Assembly (NCBI RefSeq): GCF_009914755.1
Contig: NC_060925.1
Length of the DNA stretch: 64,000 bases
Reading direction: 5' to 3' (one strand)
From: the human T2T-CHM13v2.0 reference genome, Homo sapiens
Every line of letters begins with the position of its first letter. The first letter of the stretch is position 1. This document shows positions 35,960-50,187 of this stretch, one piece after another. The position numbers and the translations under genes are program-made. The notes beneath the pieces are model-generated. The model was not told the origin of the DNA and ran no database searches. It was given only the letters and a program-made list of their open reading frames with translations.

Positions 35960-36860
35960 TCTGCTTCTCTCTGACGTCATTATCCCCAAACTTAGCACCT
36001 TCGAACAACAAATGCTTACTTATCTCATGACTTAGGTGGACTAGAATCTGGACACAGCTTTGCTGGCTGCCTGCAATGAGGCTGGGGCTGTGTTCTCAGC
36101 TGAAGCTGGGCTGTGGGAGGATTGGCTTCGAGGCACACTCATGTGGGTATCGGCTGGATTCAGTGTAGACTGAGAGCCTGAGAGTCTCCCCTGGCCTGGG
36201 CACTCCCTCATTCTCTGTTGTGTAGGCCTCTGCACAGGGCAGCTCATAACACTGGAGCTTGCTTTCTGAATTTGAGGAATGCAGTAGAAAGTCAGGAAGA
36301 AAAATACATATTGACAGAGAAAGAGAATGAGGGAGAAAACACTGGACAGAGTAAACAGAAGAGATGAGAGAGATTGAGGAAGAACACACAGAAGAAAGTG
36401 ACTAGGAGAAAATGGCAGCTTTTTGGATAATAACATAATGAGAGTTGCAATAGACTAAACATTTCCCCACCAAAAATTGTATATGTTGAAATCCTGGTCC
36501 CCCGTATAACAGTACTAGGAAGTGGGGGGTAATTAGGTCCTGAAGGTGAAACCCTCATGAGCGGGATTACTGGCTCTATAAAAGAAACCCCAGAGAGCTC
36601 CTTCCTCCACTATCTGTCAGGTAAAAATACAATGTAAAGTCTACAGTCTGCAACTCAGAAGAGAGTTCTCACCAGACTCCATCCATGCTGGCGTTCTGAT
36701 CTTCAACTTCTGTCCTCCAGAACTGTGAAGAAGAACATTCTGTTGTTGATAAGCGGCTCAGTCTATCTTTGCTATAACAGCGTGACCTAGGACAGAAGTG
36801 TTATCCCATCATTTTCGTTGCATTCTGTTGGTCAGAAGTGAGTCACTAACTCCTTAGTGT
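35960..36860. mobile_element. Old MLT LTR with a nested MLT1A/MST-like LTR (36445-36795, plus strand)
   Basis: MaLR hallmarks (tatatgttgaaatcct...gaaaccctcatgag...tccagaactgtgaag). Confidence 0.55.
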
Positions 36861-37866
36861 TGTGAGCCCTTCCTATAGGCTGCCCAACACATAGGCCAAA
36901 ATGAAGGACATGGGTCTGATTCTGAATATAATGAGAAGGCACTGAAAGGAGTAATGTCAGAGGATGACAATATCTGAATTTCATTTCATCTGAAACTCTT
37001 ACTGGTGCAGAATGAAAAATGGGGCTGAGAGGGGAAGTGACTTTCCAATAACACACTGCTGGACACAGGCTTGTTTGAATTGTATTTTATGCTACCTCCC
37101 ATTCCTTATAATTCTTTTATCTCTAAGTGTGTGCGTTATCTACGTGGGATGCCACACCATGAGTTTTACAAGTTTTATCTCATACACACCTGATGAGTTC
37201 CCTAGGAAGGAGATGCTGGCATGTTACCCCATTGTACATGTTGAAAGGCCCCAAAACCCACAATAACTTTTCTGGTGTCACAGAACTAGTAAGAAAAAGT
37301 AGATTGTTACCTGGATCTGTGATCTCACACCTGAGGCCCTGGCTGCATTCAGGTCTTTCCAGGGAACTGAGAAGGGCTGTACTTGCATAACTGTGCACAG
37401 GTAAAGAGTTGACATGCAGGGATAGTGAGCAGTCAATAGCCCAGCAGGGCCTTTGGGTAGGTCTTATGGAAGCAAGGAGCCCAGAGGATGAAACTTTGAA
37501 AAAGCCATCTTACTACCTTGGTGACAGACCCCAACAAAACTTAGAACTCTGGTAGCCAAGCACCCACACCCTAGAGACAGCCCTGTATCCAGGTCACTTG
37601 GTGGGAAATGCTTAAGAGAGCATGATGTGCTCCTGCTCTATCCCAACTCTCTTAGGCTCTTGCTTCAGGAAGGCCTAAAGTGAAAACCTTTTCTGAGATG
37701 CTCACATTGGCTTATTCCTCACCCAAGATGCCTCTGGAGATTTTGCAGAGGTCACCCAGAGGTAACATACAGTAGGCCGAGGGCAGGCCCCTCCAGCCTA
37801 GGTCTCACCAGTGCTTTCATTTCCCTTTGCATTAGAATGTAAAGAAAAATCAGGAATTTAAAATAG

Positions 37867-38170
<304 letters not shown>

Positions 38171-38774
38171 ATTTTTGATACATAGCTTTGCTAGGTGTAG
38201 GATTCTTAGTTGACAGTTTTTTTTTTTTTCTGTGAGCACTGGCCAAGGAAATTTTAAAAGAAGAAATAGAGAAACTTCAAATAAGTCAATTAAATGAACA
38301 AATCAAGAGCTAAGAAACAACAAAGAATGAGTACTGAGGTTGTAGTTATGGCAGCTAATGATAGAATAGATCCAGTTAGAGAGTTCAGGCAGAATTGTAT
38401 TTGTAGAGAGTAGAAGTCTGAGGGGTGAGGGTGTCCTGAATGAGGCCAATTGGAAGACTTGTTTGTTATAGAATCAAAGACAACGCGTGGGAACATACCA
38501 TGCCAAACCCAAACAGGCTGAGCTGGTGCTCTGTGCTAAGATATATAGGTTTATGAAAAGAAAAGCTACCATTATAACATCAAGTGTTTTTCTTAATTAA
38601 AAGAATCACAAATGTGGCAGTTATAATCAGGGTTGAGTTATACTTCAGGTTTGGTTGGTGGGTGTCACAAAGCCAAAAGTTTATCTGTTGCCAAGAAGTC
38701 GGTGCTCTAGTTTGTGAAATAAAACATCCCCATGACTAGAAACAGTAGAGGAGAAAAGGGAATGGGATGGCAAA

Positions 38775-39520
38775 CACAAGTTCCTGACCACAATCAGGCA
38801 CAGCAGCTGTGCTGCGTTGTGGTGAACTGCCCCCCGGTCCCTGGTGCCAGCAGACTAGAGCGGCCAACTCAAACCACAGATATAGCGACTGCCCCTCCCC
38901 CCGGGAACGTGGTCCATCTCCGCCTCTCCAGCCTTCTGCCGCTGGCCAGCTGGAATTCCAAGTCAATGGGTCTTAACTTGTGAGGCGCTGTGGAAGTAGG
39001 GCCCACAGAATGATGCCACTTGGCTCCCTGGATTCAGCCCCCTTCCTAGGGGAATGCATGGATTTATCTCGTGCTTTGCCGGACTTCTGGGGGCAGAGAA
39101 TGCAAAACTCCTGGGTTTCCAAGCACACCACAGTGAGCCAGCGAGTACTCCCCTGAGACTCCACACAGCTCTGTGCTTCAGACCCAAGGCCATGGTGACT
39201 GGGCTCACGAGGGAATCTTCTGATCTGCAGGTTGCAAATATCCCTGGCAGAAGCATGGTTTCCCCGGGTAGAGTCACACAATCACTCACCGCCTCCCTTG
39301 GCTGCGAGTGGGGCTCCCCTAGCTCTGTGCCACACCTGGGTGGGCCATCGCCCTACTTGCTTTTCCTCACTCTCTGTGGGTCGAGCTGTCTGCCTAGTCA
39401 GTCCCAATGCAAGAACCTGGATACCTCAATTGAAGGTGTAGAATTCACTCGCAGTTTTCATTGCTCTCCATGAGCGCCATGAGCCACAGCTGCTTCTAAT
39501 CCACCAGCTTGGCCCCATCT
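38775..39520 (-). mobile_element. Isolated L1 (L1PB/old L1PA) 5' UTR
   Basis: GC-rich L1 5' UTR motifs (ttggctccctggattcagccccct, gatacctcaattgaaggtg), ending ...agcttggcccc. Confidence 0.7.
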
Positions 39521-40691
39521 AAATTAGGATTTCTTAATACATGAGGTGTTTTAAATATTTTACAATAATGACATTTATCACAAATAATATTTTGTCTCAA
39601 TGTGTTATGAAAATTGCTAATAAATAAATTCTTTTTTGGTTACCACAAAACTATCTGGAAATGTAACTTCTGCCATTTATAAAATGTTTGTAGAGTTAAT
39701 AGAACTTTACCTGAAGGGAGGCTTGCAATATACATCATGATTTCAAATATAGTATTAATTGTTTTGTAATTTTGTGTTTTTTTAAACTAAATTTATTAAA
39801 TTGGTGATATATTACTTTAGGTAAGATTATTTGGTGATGAGAGAATAATAATTTGCAGAATATTAAGAATATAAGTTCCCTATTATAAAAATGTCCTCTG
39901 TTTTATATTACTACCACTTCCTCTGAAAGTTAAAAATTGTAATTTTCTAATTAAAATATATACGCACAAATGTGACTTGTAAATGTTAATATTTATAATT
40001 TTGGGTTTTTTTTGCATTTGGTAGGGATAGGATTTTCTGGTGTCTATTATTCTTCAAGATAAAAGAGAATGGAATAAGGATAGGTTAAAACACAAAGGAA
40101 CACAAGGATGATAATAGAGATTATTCATTTGCAGCCTGCCATGGCATAAAAATATCAAGAAGAAACATGAGCAATAGAAAACCTGCATGTCCCTGAACAT
40201 TAGAGAATTTTTCATTTGTCTCTTTTTTATTCAAGAAAAGTGTAAACTTATTGAGAGATTATAACAATTGTAAATATATATGCACCCAACATCTGAGCAC
40301 CTAACTATATAAAACAAATACTAACAGAACTGAAGGGATAAATAGACAGCAATACACTAATGCTAGGGGACTCCAATACTACACTTTCAACAATGGATTT
40401 ATTATCCAGACAGAAAATCAGTAAAAGAATAGTGAACTGAAACAGCTATAGACCAAAAGGATCTAACAGTAATATTCAGTTCACGTTAAAAATCTCTGCA
40501 ATTTGCACATTTAGGAGAGATAAAGTCAGAGTGCAGGGACCTCCCCTGATCCTGATCAGAGCACTCAAAGTACAAAGCATGTGTATTTATCTCCTCCCAA
40601 CTCCACAGTGGAAGCAGTTGCTCTGGCTATCTTATTACAGTCATGCACAGAGACATGATGGTCAAAGAGCTTGCGTACTTTAAAAAAGAAA

Positions 40692-41615
40692 TGTTCTATT
40701 ATGTTGAGATTTAAAAAAAATGACATGATTTGTCTACAGATCTTCATAATCTGCCTCAATTATATTAAATTTATAAACAACTTACATAATAAAATAACAT
40801 ACTGGGCTTTTATTATTATTTTGATAATTTCTTTGTCAACATCATTTTCACCATATTGTATAAACAGCATTGTAAGACCTATGACTGGTCATTGACAATA
40901 TATACAATACGTATATATTTGTACACAGGATCCAGCTCTGTCATTCTTGCTGGAGTGCAGTGGCACAATCATAGCTCACTCCAGATTCAAACACCTACCA
41001 CCAGGCAGGATTTTTAGAGGTTTCCAAAAATTGTAAGATATGACTTGTGATCAAGCCCCTCCACTGTTTTTTGTCTTTGGTCTCTGCAGTAACACTTCTA
41101 GTACTTTTTTTCTCAACGAGCTAAGAATTAAATGTCTTGACATCATAAATGTCTATGTTAGTAAACATCGTGATTATGGCTGCACCCTGCATTAAGTTAC
41201 ATTGCCAGAGAAATTGAGATGTCTTTTAGTTATTTGGTTATTATCTTATAATTATTCTTTTGGCACTTCTGCATTTCACAAGATTATTTTCATGGAAATA
41301 TCTAGTTAGAAAGAATAATACTTTTCTAAAATTGTGAGCTCAGTTTCTCAGGTTACCAACTATTGCCACTGAACCAACCAACCTTCCTTTATCTGTCACA
41401 TGAAACTCTCATAATCACTTTATGTTGTTGATAACCAGTCATAGGTCTTACTGTGCCATTTCTAGAATATGTTGAAAGTGGTGGGGACCAAGAAATAATA
41501 ATAAAACAGCACAGTATTTTATTATATAAGTTGTATATACATTTAACTTAAGCCAGAGTACAAAGATCTATAGACAAATCATGTCATTTTTTAAAAATCT
41601 CAACAAATTTGACAT
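40692..41615. repeat. Ancient AT-rich inverted repeat, arms ~40692-40900 and ~41425-41615
   Basis: tgacatgatttgtctacagatct vs agatctatagacaaatcatgtca; gtaagacctatgactggt vs accagtcataggtcttac; the sequence between these anchors is alignable. Confidence 0.8.
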
Positions 41616-42271
41616 TATTATAAAGATGAATAAACAGATTTATAGAGCTCTATTTTCTTCAAATTATTTTTCATTACACTCTATTTCTTTGCTTCAGACA
41701 TCTGATTTAAACACCTGCAGTATTTGTGATCAGTCTATTGTTTTGGTACATTTAATGATGTTATTTTTCCCACAATTATTGATTATATATACGCTTAGGG
41801 ACTTATACAATTTTGAAGGTAAAGCAAGCACAATGAGAATGAACTTGATTTGCATTGTCTGTCTCTGAGAATGCTCAGAGACTTCACCCTCAGCCCAAGG
41901 ACAATCTGGTTGCCACATTTCCTGGTGAGAGCTCAGATGTACATCCTGATTTATGTTTTCAAGGTATCATTTGAAACTCAGTTTTCTTTTATACTCTTAC
42001 CAATCCATATGACCTTTTATTCTTTTTTCCCCACGTCTGTACAATGTTATTGTAAATCCTACGATACTTCCATAATGGATGTGTCAGATTCACCAAAAGA
42101 AAATATAAGAAACACAGTAAAGTTTAAAACTAGGATAAACAATGAATAACTTTTTAGCATAGCTATGAATATTTGCATATTTGTGTGTAATATGTTTAAG
42201 CAATTATTGGAAGATATTTATACAAAATAATAACATTACTTACCCCAAATTCAAATTGAGCCAAGAGTTTT

Positions 42272-43385
42272 ATAATTTTTTAATTTTTGTGAGTACATAG
42301 GTATATATGTTTATAACATACATGAGATGTTTTGATACAGACATACAAAGTTAAATAATCACATCACAAAGAATGGGACATCCATCCCCTCAAGCATTTA
42401 GTTTTTGAGTTGCAAACAATCCAATTACACTCTAAGTTATTTCAAAATGTACAATTAAGTTATTGACTATAGTCACCCTATTGTGCTACCAAACAGCAGG
42501 TCTCATTCATTCTATTTTTTGTACCCATGAAAAATGCCCACATCCCTCTAGCCCCCCACTATCCTTCCCAGGCCCTGGTAATCATCCTTCTACTCTCTAT
42601 ATTCATGAGTTCAAGTGGGTTGATTTTGAGATCCCACAAATAAGTGAGAGCATGTGATATTTGTCTTTCAGTGCCTGGCTATTTCACTTAACATAATGAT
42701 CTCCAGTTCCAACCATGGTCTTGCAAATGACTGGATCTCATTCTTTTTTAAAGCTGGATAGTACTCCATTGTGTATATGTACCACATTTTTTAACGCATT
42801 CTTGATGGACACTCAGGTTGCTTCCAAAGTTTAGCTATTGTAAATGGTGCTGCAACAAACATAGTACTACAGATATCTGAACATACTGATTTCCTTCCTT
42901 TTGGGTATATACCCAACAGTACAATTGCTGGATAACGTGGTAGCTCAATTTTTAGTTTTTTAAGGAACCTCCAAACTGTACTTTATAGTGGTTGTACTAA
43001 TTTACATTCCCACCAACAGTATATGAGGGTTCCCTTTTCTCCAAATTCTCTCAAGCATTTGTTATTGCCTGTCATTTGAATATAAGCCATTTTAACTCCA
43101 GTGAGATGATATTGCACTGCAGTTTCAATTTGCATTTCTCCATCGACGTCGAGCACCTTTTCATGTGCCTGTTTGCCATTTGTATGTCTTCTTTTAAGAA
43201 ATATATATTCAAATCTTTTTTGGCCATTTTTGATCAGATTATTAGATTTTTTCTTGTAGAGTTGTTTGAGCTTCTTATATATTGTGGTTATTAATCCTTT
43301 GTCAGATGGGTAGTTAATCCTTTGTCAGATGGGTAGTTTGCAATTATTTTTTCCCATTCTGTGGGTTGTCTCTTCACTTTCTTGG
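42272..43385 (-). mobile_element. L1MA 3' portion
   Basis: L1MA 3' end tttttgtgagtacatag...catgagatgttttgatacag. Confidence 0.8.
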
Positions 43386-43406
43386 TGTGTTATATTTTAT
43401 TGTTCA

Positions 43407-46400
43407 TTTATTATTTTATTTTATTTTCCCATAAGTTATTGGGTTACAGATGGTATTTGGTTACATGAGTAAGTTCCTTAGTGGTGATTTGTGAGATTAT
43501 GGTGCACCCATCACCCAAGCATACACTGCACCATATTCATTGTCTTTTATCTCTCACCTCCCTCCCACTCTTTCACCCAAGTCCCCAAAGTCCATTGCAT
43601 CATTCTTATGCCTTTGAGTCCTCATAGCTTATCTCCCACATATCAGTGAAAACATATGATGTTGAATTTTCCATTCCTGAGTTACATCACTTAGAATAAT
43701 AGTCTCCAATTTCATCCAGTTCACTTCAAATGCTGTTAACTAATTCCTCTCTATGGCTGCGTAGTATTCCATCATATATATTTCTTTATCCACTCGTTGA
43801 TTAATGGGCATTTGGGTTGGTTGTATGATTTTGCAATTGTGAATTGTGCTGCTATAAACATGCATGTGCAAGTATCTTTTTTGAATAATGACTTATTTTC
43901 TTCTATGTGGGTACCTAGTAGTGGGATTGCTGGATCAAATGGTAGTTCTACTTTTAGTTCTTTAAGGAATCTCCACTCTGTTTTCCATAGTGGCTGTACT
44001 AGTTAACATTCCCACCAGCAGTGTAGAAGTGTTCCCTGTTTACCACATCCATGCCAACATCTACTGTCTTTTGATTTTTTTTTTTATTATGGCTTGCAGG
44101 AGGTAAGGTGGTATTGCATTGTGTGGTTTTGATTTGCATTTCCCTGATCATTAGTGATGTTGAGCATTTCTTCATGTTTGTTGGCCATTTGTATAACTTC
44201 TTTTGAGAACTGTCTATTCATGTCTTTAGCCCATTTTTTGATGGTTTTTTTTTTCTTACTGATTTGTTTGAGTTCGTTGTAGATTCTGGATATTAGTCAT
44301 CTGTCAGATGTATAGATTATGAAGATTTTTCTCCCACTCTGTGGGTTGTCTATTTACTCTGCTGACTGTTCCCTTTGCCATGCAAAAGCTCTTAGTTTAA
44401 TTAGGTCCCAGCTATTTATCTTTGTTTTTATTGCATTTGCTTTTGGGTTGTTGGTCATAAAACCCTTGCCTATGCCAATGTCTAGAAGGGTTTATCCAGT
44501 GTTATCTTCTAGAATTTTTAGAGTTTCAGGACTTAGGTTTAAGTCCTTAATCCATCTTGAATAGATTTTTGTATAAGGTGACAGATCAGGATCCAGTTTC
44601 ATTCTCCTACATGAGGTTTGCCAATTATCCCAACACCATGTGTTGAAAATGGTGTCCTTTCCCCACTTTATGTTTTCGTTTGCTTTGTCGAAGATCATTT
44701 GGCTGTATTTGGGTTAATTTCTGGGTTCTCTATTCTGTTCCATTGGTCTATGTGCCTATTTCTATACCAGTACCATGCTGTTCTGGTAACTACGGCCTTA
44801 TAGTACAGTTTGAAATCAGGTAGTGTGATGCCTATAGGTTTGTTCTTTTTGCTTAGTCTTGCTTTGGCTATGAGGCTCTCTTTTGGTTCCATATGAATTT
44901 TAGAATTGTTTTTGTAATTCTGTGAAGAATGATGGTGGTCTTCAGATGGGGATTGCGTTGAATTTGTAGATTGCCTTTGGCAGTATGGTCATTTTCACAA
45001 CATTAATTCTACCCATCCATGAGCATGGGATGTGTTTTCACTTGTTTGTGTCATCTATGATTTCTTTTTCTTTTTTCTTTCTTTTTTTTTTTTTTTGGAG
45101 ACAGGGTTTCGCTCTTGTCACTGAGGCTAGAGTGCAATGGTGCGATCTCAACTTACTGCAACCTCCGTCTCCTGGGTTCAAGTGATTCTCCTGCCTCCAC
45201 CTCCTGAGTAGCTGGAATTATAGGCATGCACCACCACGCTCAGCTACATCTATGATTTCTTTCAGGAGTGTTTTATAATTTTCCTTGTAGAGGTCTTTTG
45301 ATTCCTTTGTTAAGTATATTCCTAAGTATTTTCTTTTTTTGCAGCTATTGTAAAAGGGGTTGAGTTCTTGATTTGATTCTCTGCTTGGTTGCTGTTGGTG
45401 TACAGAAGAGCTACTGATTTGTGTAAATTAATCTTGTATCTGGAAACTTTGCTGAATTCTTTTATCAGTTCTAGGAGCTTTCCAGAGGAGTCTATAGGGT
45501 TTTCAAGGTAAAAGATCATATCATCCGCAACTAGTGACAGTTTGACTTCCCTTTTACTGATTTTGATGTCCTTTATTTCTTTCTTTTGTCTGATTGCTCT
45601 GGCTAGGACTTCCAGTACTACGTTGAAGAGGAGTGGTGAGAGTGGGCATCTTTGTCTTGTTCTAGTTCTCAGAGAGAATGCTTTCATATTTTCCCCATTC
45701 AGTATTATGTTGGCTGTGGGTTGGTCAAAGATGGCTTTTATTACATTAAGATATGTCCCTTGTATGCCTATTTTGCTGAGAGCTTTAATTGTAAAGGGAT
45801 GCTAGATTTTGTCAAATGCTTTTTCTGCATCTATTGAGATGATCATGTGAGTTTTGTTTTAAATTCTGTTTATGTGGTGTATTCCATCCATTGATTTGCA
45901 TATGTTAAACTATTCCTGCATCCCTGGTATGAAACCCACTCGATCGTGGTGGATTATCTTTTTGATATGTTGTTGGATTTGACTAGCTAGTATTTTATTG
46001 AGGATTTTGGCATCTATATTCATCAAGGATATCAGTCTTAGTTTTCTTTTTTTGTTATGTCCTTTCCTGGTTTTGGGATTAGGGTGATGCTGGCTTCATA
46101 CAATGAACTGGGGAGGGTTCCTTCTTTCTCTATCTTGTGGAACAGTGTCAAAAGGATTGGTACAAATTCTTTGGATGTCTGGTAGAATTCTGCTGTGAAT
46201 CTGTCTGGTCCTTGACTTTATTTTTTTGGTAATTTTAAAATTACCATTTCAATCTTGCTCCTTGTTATTGGCCTGTTCAGGGTATCTAATTCTTCTTGAG
46301 TTAAGCCAGGAGGGTTACATTTTTCCAGAAATGTATCCATCTCTTCTAGGTTTTCTAGTTTATATGCATAAAGGTGATCATAGTACCCTTGAATGATTTT

Positions 46401-49400
46401 TAGTATTTCAGTGGTGTCAGTTATCTCCTGTTTCATTTCTTAGTGAAATTATTTGGATTTTCTCTCTTCTTTTCTTGGTTAATCTTGCTAATGGTCTATC
46501 AGTTTTATTTATCTTTTCAAAGAACCAACTGTTTCATTTATATTTTGTACTTGTTGTTGTTGTTGTTGTTGTTTTGATTTCATTTAGTTCTTCTCTGATC
46601 TTGGTTATTTCCTTTATTCTGCTGGGTTTGGGTTTGGTTTGTTCCTGTTTCTCTAGTTCCTTGAGGTATGACCTTAGATATTCTGTTCATGTTCTTTCAG
46701 ACTTTTTGATGTAGGTGTTTAGGGCTATGAACTTTCCTCTTAGCACAGCCTTTGCTGTATCCCAGAGGTCTTGATAGGTTGTGTCATTATTGTCATTCAG
46801 TTAGAAGAATTTTTAAATTTCCATCTTGATTTTGTTTTTGATCCAATGCTCATTCAGGAGCAGGTTATTTAGTTTCCATGTATTTGCATGGTTTTGAAGA
46901 TTTCTTTTGGAGCTGATTTTCAGTTTTATTCTACTGTGATCTGAGAGAGTGCGTGATATAATTTCAATTTTCTTAAATTTATTGAGGCTCATTTTATGGC
47001 CTATCATATGGTCTATCTTGGAGAAAGTTCCATGTGCTATTGAATAGAATGTGTGTTCTGTGGTTGATGGATGAAATGTTCTCTATATATCTGTTAAGTC
47101 TGTTTGTTCCAAGGTATAGTTTAAATCCGCTGTTACTTTATTGACTTTCTATCTTGATGACCTGTCTAGTGCTGTCAGTGGAGTATTGAAGTCCTCCACT
47201 ATTATTGTGTTGCTGCCTATCTCATTTCTTAGATCTCTCTCTATCTCAATTTCTTAGTAATTGTTTTATAAATTTGGGATCTCCAGTGTTAGGTGCGTAT
47301 ATGTCTAGGATTGTCGTATTTTCCTGTTGGATAAGGCCTTTTACCATTATATACTGTCCCTCTGTCACTTTTAACCACTGTTGCTTTAAAGTTTGTTTTG
47401 TCTCCTATGAGAATAGATACCACTGCTCACTTTTGGTGTCCACTTGCATGAAATGCCTTTTTCCACCACTTTCCTTAAGTTTATGTGAGTCCTTATGTGT
47501 TAGGTGAGTCTCCTGAAGGCAGCAAATAGTTGGTTGGTGAGTTCTTATCCATGCTGCAGCTCTGTATCTTTTAAGTGGAGCATTTAGGCCATTTACATTC
47601 AATGTTAGTATGAACGTGTGAGGTACCATTGCTTTTATCATGCTCTTTGTTGCCTGTGTACTTCGTTTTTGGTTTTTAACTTGTATTTTTGTTTTATAGG
47701 TCCTGTGTGAGTTATGCTTTAATGAGGTTCTGTTTTGATGTGTTTCCAGGATTTGTTTCAAGATTTATAGCTCCTTTTAGCAGTTCTTGTAGTGCTGGTT
47801 TGGTAATGGCGAATTCTGTCAGCATTTGTTTGTCTGAAAATGACTGTATCTTTTCTTCATATATGATGCTTAGTTTCACTGGATAGAAAATTCTTAGCTG
47901 ATAATTGTTTTGTTTGAGGAGGCTAAAGATAGGGCCCCAATCCCTTCTAGCTTGTAGGGTTTCTGCTGATAAATCTGCTGTTAATCTTATAAGTTTCCCT
48001 TTATAGATTACCTAGTGCTTCTGTCTCACATCTCTTAAGATTCTTTCTTTCGTCTTAACTTCAGATAACCTGACGACAATGTGCCTAGGCTAAGATCTTT
48101 TGTGATGAATTTCCCAGGTGTTCTTTGTGCTTCTTGTATTTGGATGTCTAGGTCTCTCACAAGGCCAGGAAACTTTTCCTTGATTATTTCCCAAAATATG
48201 TTTTCCAGGCTTTTAGAATTGACTTCTTCCTCAGGTACACCGATTATTCTTAGGTTTCATTGTTTAACATAATCCCAGACTTCTTGAAGGCTTTCTTCAT
48301 ATTTTCTTATTCTTTTTTTCTTTCTCTTTATTGGATTGGGTTAATTTGAAAACCTTGTCTTCGAGCTCTGCGTTTCTTTCTTCTACTTGTTCAATTCTAT
48401 TGCTGAGATTTTCCAGAGCATTTCACGTTTCTGAAAGTGTGTCCAAACTTTCCTGAATTTTTTACTGTGTTTTCTGTAAGCTATCTATTTCCTTGAATAT
48501 TTCTCCCTTCACTTCTTGCATCATTTTTTGGATTTCCTTGCACTGGGCTTTGCCTTTCTCTGGCCCCTCCCTGATTAGCTTAATAACTAACCTGAATTCT
48601 TTTTCAGATAAATCAGGGATTTCTTCTTGGTTTGATCCATTGCTGGTGAACTAGTGTGATTTTTGGGGGGTATAGAAGAGCCTTGTTCTGTCATATTACC
48701 AGGGTTGGGTTGGTTTTCTGGTTCCTTCTCATTTGGGTAGGCTCTGTCAAACAAAAGGTCTAGGGCTGGAGACTGTTGTTCGGATTCTTTTGTCCCATGG
48801 GGTGTTCCCTTGATGTAGTACTCTCCCCCTTTTCCTATGGGTGTGGCTTCCTGTGAGCCAAACTGCAGTGATTGTTGTCTCTCTTCTGGGTCTAGCCACC
48901 CAGTTGGTCTACCCGGCTTCAGGCTGGTACTGGGGGTTGTCTGCACAGAGTCCTGTGATGTGAACCATCTTTGGGTATTGCAGCCATGGATACCAGCGCC
49001 TGTTCCAGTGGAGGTGGTGGAGGGTGCAATGGACTCTGTGAGGGTCCTTAGCTTTTGAGGTTTAATACTCATATTTGTGCAGGTTGGCCTCCTGCCAGGA
49101 GGTGGCACTTTCCAGAAAGTGTCAGCTGTGTAGTGTGGAGAGGGACCAGTAGTAGGCGGGGCCCCGAGAACTCCCAAGATTATATGTTCTTTGTATTCCA
49201 CTACCAGGGTGGGTAGGGAAGGACCATCAGGTGGGGGCAGGGCTAGGCATGTCTGAGCTCAGACTCTCCTTGGGCAGGTCTTGCTGCAGCTGCTGTGGAG
49301 AATGGGGGTGGTTTCCAGGTCACTGGAGTTGTTTACCAAGGAAGATTATGGCCGCCTCTGCTGAGTCATGCAGGTTGTCAGGGAAGTGGGGGAAAGCCAG

Positions 49401-50187
49401 CAGTCACAGGGCTCACCCAGCTCCCACACAAACTGAAGGGCTGTTCTCACTCCCCTCACTCCCACCACCCACCACCCTGCCACCAACAGCCCTGAGTCTG
49501 TTTCCAGGTGGAGGGTTAGAGGGGCTTGAAAATTTGCCCAAGGATATCTGCCTCCCAGCTGTGAAAGAAAAGGGCTTTGGTAGTTCCCCTAACTGTGGAG
49601 TCTGCACACCAGATTCGCACCCTCCCCTGAGTTCTGGCCAGGAGAGGGTACGGTTCAAATTCTTACAAAGTTCTTGCCTGGTTCAAATTGTTACAAAGTT
49701 CAGCTAGAGAATTCCTTCTCCCTGTGGAGTTTTACCCCCTGCTTCTCTGGCCACCCTCCTGATGGATCCCTGTGGTGCCAGGCAGGAATGGGCTGCCTGG
49801 GGACCCAGCAAGCTCCCAGGATCTTTCTGCTGCTTCTTCTACCCCTGTATTTTGCTCACCTCTCTAATTTGACTCAGCTCCAGGTAAACTTGGAAACTTC
49901 TCCTGCAAACAGAACTTCAGCTTCTCCAGTGGGGGTATGTGTTCAGGAGAGGAGGGTCTCCCTTTCCCACTTCCACAGTTGGGGCATTCACAGTATTTGG
50001 AGTATCTCCTGGGTCCTGCAGGGGCAGTCCACTTCCTTCAGAGGGTCTGTGGATCCTCTTGGAATTGATGGTTTGTTCTTGCAGTTGACCTGGAGCTAAA
50101 ATTCACAGTGCAAGCCTCTGCATGTTGCTCTGTCCGAAGCTGCAATTTAGTCTTGCCTCCCATCCACTATGATCCCCTGAATCCCCT
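43407..50187 (-). mobile_element. Full-length L1PB (L1PB1-like), ORF1 and ORF2 disrupted
   Basis: L1PB 3' end; ORF2 fragments ([52 protein letters not shown]); 5' UTR extends to 50187; TSD ttatattttatt(g/t)ttca at ~43390 and ~50188. Confidence 0.92.
45064..45246 (-). mobile_element. 5'-truncated Alu (right monomer) inside the L1PB
   Basis: Flanked by TSD catctatgatttctt. Confidence 0.88.

Noticed and set aside
45322-49201. L1 ORF fragments as a potentially active LINE
   Set aside because: Old L1PB with many stops and frameshifts and an Alu inserted in ORF2.
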